43,765 nucleotides of DNA from Octopus bimaculoides (taxonomy: Eukaryota): the NCBI RefSeq assembly GCF_001194135.2, contig NC_068998.1:1236765-1280529 (forward strand). Reading direction: 5' to 3'. Made by a program: the position numbers and the translations under genes. The stretch's first letter is position 1; every line of letters begins with the position of its first letter. The notes beneath the pieces were generated by a model. It searched no databases and was not told where the DNA came from. It was given only the letters and a program-made list of their open reading frames with translations. Of the stretch, positions 35,817 to 43,765 are shown one piece after another.

Positions 35817-36054
35817 CTGATACCGAAAAACAGACGTTGTTTATCTATTTCACTATATGTTATGCATGCGTCTGTGTGTATTTGAAAACACGAGACCTTG
35901 TGGCTGCACTCACGATCACAACACCGTGGTTTCGTTTCCCCCAAAAGCAGTACATTATGTTCTCGAGCAAATCACTTCATTTTACGTCACTTCAGTTCAC
36001 CCAGTTGCAAATGTGTGTGTGTGTGTTGCATAATTATTTAATGACTAAATGGCG
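35817..36054 (+). CDS. Candidate 238 bp exon
   Basis: ttgttctaatgtag acceptor, 78 open codons (DTEKQTLFIYFTICYACVCVYLKTRDLVAAL...MTKW), CG|GTGAGT donor; includes TG-repeat-derived codons. Confidence 0.25.
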
Positions 36055-36242
36055 GTGAGTTTCCTCTGAAATTCTCCAACCTCATGTCACTCCGATAACT
36101 CTACAAGCTCTCCTATTTTTCCCATCCTATTTTTCCTACCTCATCTGAAATGTTGTGAATCGATGATAAGTTAGTTATAGACCGGTAACCTACAGCGTTA
36201 TAGTACACCTGTAACCTGTGATGCTGTACTACACCGCTTGTT

Positions 36243-36274
<32 letters not shown>

Positions 36275-36722
36275 GTCCATACATATACAAAAATGCATAC
36301 ATCTATATATGTATGTGTGTGTTTATATAAATACACACACACACACACATATAAAGAAGAAGAAATAAAGAAAGAAAAGCAAATTATCTCCAGATTATCT
36401 CAGACAATAAAAGGCACGGAACTGAAATTCTTGGAATAGCAAACACCAGGGTCAGTGACAACAGTCACCCCTCACTTGCGCACCTTTGTGTGTGTGTGTG
36501 TGTGTGTGTTTCTGTCATTCCCTCCTCTACTTTTCATTCGCTTTCACCTAGATAGCACACGAATATATGTTGTCAATTAACATAATTACTAATTAATATC
36601 TGATAGATGTGATTTGTTTTATTAATCAGTAAGGTGGAGCTATACTGAAACGAATTAATTACATCGTCAGGTGTCTTTGTTTTCTCTTTTAATTTCTGTT
36701 AATTATATTACTAACAGATTAA

Positions 36723-36935
36723 GGGCGGAGAGCTGGCCGAATCCGTGGCGTGCCGGGCAAAATGTTTTCCAGCATTTCGTGAGTCTTTATGTTCTGAGTT
36801 CAAATTCCGGCGTGGTCGACTTTGCTTTTCATTCATTCGGGGTCGATAAAATAAGTTCCAGTTGAGCCCTGGGGTTCGACGCAATCCATTTTCCCTATTC
36901 CCCTTAGTTGCTGGCCTTGTGCAAAAATTTGAAAC
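36723..36935 (+). mobile_element. SINE family A, near full length
   Basis: gggcggagagctggccgaatcc...gagttcaaattccggcgtggtcgactttgcttttcattc...gtcgataaaataag. Confidence 0.9.
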
Positions 36936-36984
36936 TTATATTGCTAACAAATTTTACCTCCAGGTGGTGTTACCGATGGATGTT

Positions 36985-37390
36985 GTTATTTAACCACCGG
37001 TCAAATCGTATTAAGGAAACCTATGATCAAATGATGTTCCGGCTGTGACCATCCCATCATTATGTTTGTTTTTCAAATACAGTCTATCTTCAATATACCC
37101 TAAAAACAGTAGAGAGTAAGTTGAAGATTTGACTGCTATTTCTAGAGAATCAAACTACCACATGACGGACTCTCTCGTTCATTCAAAGTTATCAGGTCGT
37201 TGTTATTGTGTAATCTCTGGTCATCAATAATGGACAGACCTATGACCAAAGACATTCCAACCGTGATCACCCCGTCTTTTCCCCACGAGCTAGGGGCTTA
37301 GACCTACATTGTTCTACTTTGTGCATTGTTTAAAATGTGAGAAAGTGATCTGAGGGGGATTTTGCTGCTATTTTAGCCGCGAGACTACTT
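36985..37390 (+). repeat. Two head-to-tail copies of dispersed repeat X
   Basis: tgatcaaatgatgttccggctgtgaccatccc / gatttgactgctatttctag, then tgaccaaagacattccaaccgtgatcacccc / gattttgctgctattttag. Confidence 0.72.
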
Positions 37391-37544
37391 GTTATGGTGT
37401 TACCACGTGGCGTTATGTGAGGGATGTTATCATGTGACTCTATCATGTGATGTTACCACGTGGTCATATTCATTGTTGTTCAGTCCGTTAACCACACTGT
37501 CAAGGTACTATATGCCATCATCAACATCACCGTCGTCACGAATA

Positions 37545-37605
37545 CAGCCACCACCACCACTACCACTACTACTACTACTAGTAGTACTACTACTACTACT
37601 ACTAG

Positions 37606-37668
<63 letters not shown>

Positions 37669-37698
37669 GATACCACAACCACCACTACCACTACTACT
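37545..37698. repeat. (CAC)/(TAC)n microsatellite
   Basis: Direct inspection. Confidence 0.95.
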
Positions 37699-38172
37699 CT
37701 AACTCACAGAGCTTTCACTTGCGGACAGCCATCTCCGCCCCAATAGAGGTCAGCAGGGATATGACCCAGGGGCCGAGAACGTAAGAGGTCTTCACTGTCA
37801 CAAGCTTGACCATAGACCTGTCAGAGAGCGGCCAATACCTTGACAGTTTGCTTTTCTCAACCTGAGAAGATGTTACAGCATGTGGCATCCCAGATGAAGG
37901 GCCTGCCACCACAGAACGGGAAAATTGGAATACCGTTAGGCCTTTTATCGTCCCCTGGGTCTAGTCCCGTTGGCTCGAGTTGGGAAGGGAACCCTGCGGC
38001 GTCTAGGCCATGCTTTATGATTTCGTTAAGGGCAGCATGGCGACTGGCATTATAATGGCATGACAATGGGAGGAGGCCCAAAGAATCCACAATGGATCTG
38101 CAGTGATATTTGAGAGGCTGAAAGATCTGGAGACCAGCCCTCAAGGAAACGCCGATGACCAACGAGTCCTAC
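37696..38172 (-). pseudogene. CRE-like non-LTR retrotransposon zinc-knuckle and restriction-like endonuclease (PD-D/ExK) fragment
   Basis: DSLVIGVSLRAGLQIFQPLKYHCRSIVDSLGLLPLSC...RHAALNEIIKHGLDAAGFPSQLEPTGLDPGDDKRPNGIPIFPFCGGRPFIWDATC, then in another frame EKSKLSRY...VKTSYVLGP; matches RHxxLNxII, LEPxGLxxxDGKRPDG, WDAT and ExxKxxKY motifs. Confidence 0.85.
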
Positions 38173-38355
38173 ACATCAGTCTTTGTCGGTGTGTGTGTAC
38201 GTATTTGTCTGCATGTGTGTATTTATGTATCGGTTCTTGGTGCGAATTTCAAGCCCAGAACAAAATTAAGAGCGGTTTTTCGCGCCCTTTTCTGAGCAAG
38301 ATCTGCGAAATATCTAGAAGTATATATGATGCTAATGGTGGTCGTGGTCGTGGTA

Positions 38356-38404
<49 letters not shown>

Positions 38405-38959
38405 CTGAGAAGCAGCAAAAGCCATGAGGCTGAAATGGCGCTGCTAAAGATGTTGCGTGGAGCCATTAATCACTGGTTTTCCATTTTGCTTTGATGGTTC
38501 TTGGTGAGAAGTTCCCACGCCGTGAACTGGAAGGAAGTGGGTTCCATCTCAGGTGAATGTGGGAAAATATGCCAACATCACTGGAGTGGGGAGGGATAGG
38601 GTGTAGGGGCTGTTTGGGGGATTACTAATGGATCTTGACGTCTCTGTGGGGGGTGGCTTGGGTGGAGGTGTTGATAGTGATTATGATGGTGAAGGGGGAG
38701 ATTCCGTGGTATTCGAGATGAAAGGGGGGAGTAGGGGGAAAAGTAGTAGGAGGAGGAGGAAGCACAAGGGGCTGCTGGTAATGTGATAGGAATAAGGATG
38801 ACAACGATAAATGGTAACGATAAGGCGATGCCTCAGCATGGTCGCAGTCGCACGGCTGAAACCATTAAAAGAGTAAAAGATGATTGTGATGATGATGATG
38901 ATGATGAGGAGGAGGAGGAGGAGGAGGAGGAGGAGGGTGGTGCTGGCTATGATTATTTT

Positions 38960-39790
38960 CTGAGAGGGTGATTTGCTTGCTATTTCTAGCAAGCCAAATG
39001 GCCGCGTATAAACTCTCTCGTTGACTAGATTCCGTTATTTAAGACAACGTGGTGTAATTTGAGTGAGATATGGTTGCTATATCTAACAGCTCAAACGATC
39101 AAAGTTCCCACCCTTAAGTGTGAAATGATCTACCCTAAAACGCAGTCAGAAAGTCTGTCTTCAATTGCTTGTTAAATTGCCACCCTTAATGGACAGCGGT
39201 AATAAAACCACCCGTTATTTGACCAAGTGGGAGTGGAAGACAGGTGGTAGTGGTGGTGGTGGTGGTGTTGTTTAGCCCCTGTTCGGTCCTAAAACCAGAA
39301 GGCCTATAAGGAAACACATTTCAGCCGTGACCATCCCGTCTTTTTCCTGTGTGCAGAGAAACCAGGATCATATTTAACAAGAATTTACATTTTGTAACCA
39401 TTAGGATCTATGGTGAAGGATATGTTACTGCTATTTCTAGCAGATTAGGCAACTACTTACAGGTGTCCTTGTTTACAGACCTAGGGCTAAACACCATCAT
39501 TCTCACATCAAAACGGTGGAGGCACTGGAGGTGATGGTGGTGCTGGTACTGGTGGAGGAAGCGGTCATGATTTTAATGTGACGATCATAATATTTAGCCC
39601 TAGGCAGTCCTGGTTCATCAGCTTTATGCTTGATTAACGGTATTCCAAATATGACCGTCCAGTCCTTTTTTTTGTACATCATTGTGCAATTGTGCAATAA
39701 TGTCTTTCTGTATTCAAGACAATATGGTGAGATTTGATGAAGATTTGGTCATTATTTCTAGCAGGTAGAGCAGCCACATAGTAGATATCA
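38960..39790 (+). repeat. Cluster of same-strand repeat X modules
   Basis: gcttgctatttctagc 38975, ggttgctatatctaac 39072, gtttagcccc...gtgaccatcccgtcttttt 39270-39346, ctgctatttctagc 39428, atttagcccta 39592, attatttctagc 39750 (positions approximate). Confidence 0.65.
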
Positions 39791-41794
39791 CGTTGACGTG
39801 TGCAATATCTTTGTGTGGCGGTAGTGCTAGTGGCGGTGGTGGTGGTGGAGGTGGTGGTGGTGGTGGTGGTGAGGCGCTAGTGGTCAATGGTCAGCGACCA
39901 GTGGTCGTGGTCGTAGTGTTGTTATTGTTATTGTTTTTGGTGGTGGCGGGGGGTGATGGTGGTGAGGAGGGTGTAGTGTGGTAATNNNNNNNNNNNNNNN
40001 NNNNNNNNNNNNNNNNNNNNNNNNNNNNNNGTGGGCGGGGTGGCCAAAGTTACGGGTGGCTGTGAAATGGACACAAGACGCCGTTTTGTCTCCTTGCAAA
40101 CATTGACACCCCTTTCATAAATTCCGCATTTGTTGGAAGGCGGGTGATGTGGTGGAGGGGGTGTTTGTGGTGGGCGATGAGTGAGCTGTGGGGGTCTGTT
40201 AATGGAGATGATAATGATGCTGTTGATATTGATATTGATGATGATGGATATGGTGGGGAGGGCCGGGATGGCGGGGTGGTGTCGGCGTATTTGAGTGACA
40301 AGAAGAGGTATGTATTATTCATTGTTAATGTGATGGTGGTGGTTATGGTTGTGTGGTAGTGACGGTGGTAGTGTTGGTGGTAGTGCGTTGGTGGTGTTTG
40401 TCATAATGGATGTGGGGGAAGTAGCAGCAGCGCTGTGCTGTCTTAAGCGGTGACAGTAATGGTAGTGGTTTGTTTCTAGTGTGTGGTGATGGTGGTATTG
40501 CTTCTTAACCCTAGGATAGCCTCAATCCAGTAATCCTATTTAATAATCCACTGAACCACGCGGTCCGAGCCAGAGATCTACCTTGATCCCAGTTGGACGA
40601 TTAGGGCTTTCGAGGGATTCTGGCCATCGACGACAACTGTCTTAGTGATTCTTTCTGAAGAAACTTTCAGCTCATGAAATTGAGGACAATTTCCAAAATT
40701 CCTTGGCTCGACAGCGCTACAGGGGAGGGGGGGCGATGAGGGACTCCCTATTCGGGTTAAACTCTAAAGGGATGTCCATACTGGAACCACTAGCAAGCGA
40801 CCCTATGTAAAATGTGATGAAACCATCCACGCACATTTATTCAATGTCCATGAATTGTTGATTTGAGGGTTTATGCAGAACAGTTATTCAAACAATGCCG
40901 CAGCATGGCCATAACTCTCAGGTTGAAACAGACAAAAGGGAAGAAGAATTACACGTGGAATGGATCCAACTGTCTGCTGAGTCTAACGTGGACATCGAAC
41001 TTTTGTCTTCTTTTACCAAACAGGAGTGGAAAATGATTTTCCTCTGTCTGATGAAAGAAGGTGTGTGCGATGGGCGCGGTGGAGAGCTTTCTGAACGGAG
41101 CTTTACCACAACACCACCCCCACCCCGGTTAAATTTTCCTCTTTTTCGAACAAGATGTGGTTTTCATAAACACTTTCGCTGCCTTTACCACTGACCACTT
41201 GACCAAAGACATTATGTCTACACACTTACACATATATACACATACACACGCGCATGTACATATATATATACATACATACACACATACACACATACACACA
41301 CACTCACATACATATATACTCATACACGAGCAGACACACGTCCATCAATCAACCCCCGCTCTAATCTCCTACCCACCTTCTTATCTACCTGCTTACACAT
41401 CCACCCTAGCTGCAGTCTCTACTTTCACCCCACCCTACTATCGCCCCCCACGGGACCGGAGGGTGGGTGGGTGGACTAACTTAACCGTTCTTATTAACGA
41501 TACATTATCTGTTATGTGATCCGTAGCATAGGCTGCATGTTATGACCGAGGTAATAAGAACAACAACAAAAACATTAGCAAGACCAACCGGTGATGACAT
41601 CAACGACGACTCCCCATCCTCACCCCTGCTGCTTCAGTCGTCGCCTGAAACAAGAGAAGACAACTAAAAGGTTTTGTTTTTTTATATGAATCAATACTTA
41701 AACATGGAAGGTGAGAAGGAAGACGAGATGTTGTGGCTTTCATGTCCTTCGGAGAGACACTAGCCCTATCAATTTCTAAATAAGCACCGCGTGA

Positions 41795-41890
41795 TGATAT
41801 TGATCCAGTATATGCCCTGGCACTTTATATTATGTCGACCCCTCAAGGCTTAAAGCGCAAAGTTAATCTTTGCAGGATTCGAACTGGGAT
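41795..41890 (-). mobile_element. Degenerate SINE family A fragment
   Basis: tatgtcgacccctcaaggcttaaagcgcaaagttaatc. Confidence 0.6.
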
Positions 41891-42682
41891 TGTAAAAAAG
41901 CGTAAATTCATGGATCATGTCGACCTCCACCATAACCTCCACCCTCACCCCACTGTCACCATCTCTATTACTCTATTGTCTACTACAATCACTACCACCA
42001 ACACCAACACTAAGGGCTACCCTGTTGCAACCATCACCTACACATCATCATCATCATCAACACCAATGCCAACACCTCACCACCAGCACTATCGCCACCA
42101 CAGACACCAACACTGACCACATTGTCCACTACTCCACCACCAAATACAAGAATTCACAAAAAATCATTTTCTTTCCAGACTGAGAAACGAAACCGCATCG
42201 CGGTGCTGACTGATAAGTCAATGTATGGCTGTGTGTCTTCCTGGAACTGAAAGTTTTAATGAAGAGAAGAATGGAAGAGGTTTATAAGAGCTGCTATAAT
42301 TCGAAGTCCCAGTTGGGATTCAACACCGAAATGACATGAATAGCTTCCATACACACATATACACAAAAATATATATATATATATCTCGTATTGTTGTAAC
42401 TATTTCTTTCTCTCCTTTTCTGTAAACGCAACTGTTTTCGAATCCGTCAACGAAAGAAACCGTTTTATACTCTGAATCATTTTCCCGTCACTGAAGCCCA
42501 ACGAATCTAGAGAATGTCTACAACTGCGTGTTTTTCTTCATCGCTTTTATTGCATAGTATTCCACTGCCGATAACTCGTTGCTATCAAAGTCACACACAC
42601 GTCTCGGCCTTAAAACTGGACTCTTTTTCATCACTCAATGTTCTTTCCTCACAACCAACACCTTAATCACCCCCTCATATTT

Positions 42683-42757
<75 letters not shown>

Positions 42758-43369
42758 CAGTGATGCCATTTCCTGCCAGAATCGCTTCATTATTTGCGAA
42801 ATACTTCATTAGTACCTTCGTACTTCCGGTCGAAACTCGCTCCAGAGTTGATTAAACATAGTCTACACCTTGTCCTTCGTGTTTTCCGTTCGTCGTTGAC
42901 GTCGTCTTTGTTGTTGCTGTTGTTAGTGGTGTGGGGTCGGTGATGGTGATGTTTCCCTTTTTGTTGTTGGTTTTTTAGTTTATTCAATTTATTCTCCGCT
43001 TGTTATTTTTTCATTTTCATTTTGCGTTTTTTAAAAAAATTGTTCATTTAAACATTTAAATCTCAATTTTCGAGAATGAAATAAAAAGAGTTTAAGCTGA
43101 GTGACTGACCGTTTTCATTAAACCATTGCAACAGGGTGAAGGGAAGAAATCGGACGAGATAGAGAGGGGGAAACAGCATGAATTATGTAGAGGGAAAAGG
43201 ATTATAGAGGGGGGAGGTGAAGGAGTGACAGAGAGAGATTAAGAGACTGAGAGGGAGAAAATGGTGCGAAGCACAACACACACACACACATATATATAGG
43301 TGACTGTATATATATATATACGTAACCTTATGTGTGTGGTGGATGATGAAGCGTTGGTGTAACTAAAAT

Positions 43370-43465
43370 GCAGTTTTAGAAGACACCTGCCCAAGGTGCG
43401 ACGCAGTGAATCTGAACTCGAAACCATGTGGTTGGGAAGCAAGTATCTCACCACACAGCCACGCC
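43370..43465 (-). mobile_element. SINE family B head
   Basis: Reverse complement ggcgtggctgtgtggtgagatacttgcttcccaaccacatggtttcgagttcagattcactgcgtcgcaccttgggcaggtgtcttc. Confidence 0.88.
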
Positions 43466-43482
43466 ATGTACATACACAGGCA

Positions 43483-43765
43483 TACACAGGGCCTGGAGGT
43501 ACTGCAATCCCAGAACCACAAACAGTGAGAGATCTGGGCATCAACATGTGTAGTGATGCATCATTTCACATGCACATTGTCAAGTTGACAGCAAGGTGCA
43601 GACAACTGGCGGGGTGGATACTGAGGACTTTCCGTACAAGGGATCAAAAAGTCATGTTGATTCTATGGAAGACATTTGTTCTGAGCCGCCTAGACTATTG
43701 CTCTCAGTTGTGGTCACCACACAGTGTTAAGCGGACAGCAGAACTCGAAGCAATTCAGCGGCACT
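43483..43765 (+). mobile_element. CR1/L2-group LINE reverse transcriptase C-terminal region, 5'-truncated, runs off the window
   Basis: 94 uninterrupted codons YTGPGGTAIPEPQTVRDLGINMCSDASFHMHIVKLTARCRQLAGWILRTFRTRDQKVMLILWKTFVLSRLDYCSQLWSPHSVKRTAELEAIQRH with the DLG, LDYCxxxWSP and LExIQR motifs. Confidence 0.92.

Noticed and set aside
40560-40720. Minus-strand VVVDGQ motif suggesting a CR1/L2 RT remnant
   Set aside because: It needs several frameshifts and lacks a clear PQGS or YADD motif; too weak to call.
40895-41194. 99 aa ORF MPQHGHNSQVETDKREE...
   Set aside because: The start lies in a SINE 3'-tail-like sequence (gcagcatggccataactctcaggttgaaacag) and there is no recognisable homology.
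1046-41890. Recurring ~40 bp conserved motifs with unique sequence between them, as a possible CRISPR-like array
   Set aside because: Irregular kb-scale spacing, both orientations, eukaryotic context and no cas genes; explained by SINEs and repeat X.
1-43765. Most ORFs in the supplied track (HTHT, CVCV, YIYI, poly-L/V/S/T/H, X-runs)
   Set aside because: They are translations of di- and trinucleotide microsatellites or N-gaps, not evidence of genes.

Overview
Eukaryotic, AT-rich, microsatellite-saturated scaffold sequence with 13 N-gaps. From recall, the tRNA-derived SINE families and overall repeat landscape look like an Octopus (coleoid cephalopod) genome; this is not a database result. There is no prokaryotic operon, CRISPR array, rRNA or genuine tRNA, and most ORFs in the supplied track are microsatellite or N-gap artefacts. 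Well-supported content: five decayed transposable-element coding fragments (Tc1-like transposase 4301-4787, mariner transposase 13001-13273, R4/Dong-clade non-LTR fragment 32475-33051 joined to a (TAA)n tract, CRE-like restriction-like endonuclease fragment 37696-38172, CR1/L2-like RT at the right edge), one hAT-type MITE, more than 20 SINE copies from about four families, an unclassified modular dispersed repeat, and two false duplications across gaps. Weaker content: several small splice-site-bounded open frames (best 23586-23632, 14355-14454, 3667-3725, 744-879) and promoter/insulator-like motif clusters (ETS+CRE, CTCF+CCAAT), suggesting unannotated multi-exon gene(s) that I cannot identify. 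I found no convincing novel biological system. The best leads are the microsatellite-associated RLE retroelements, the unclassified repeat and the cryptic exons.
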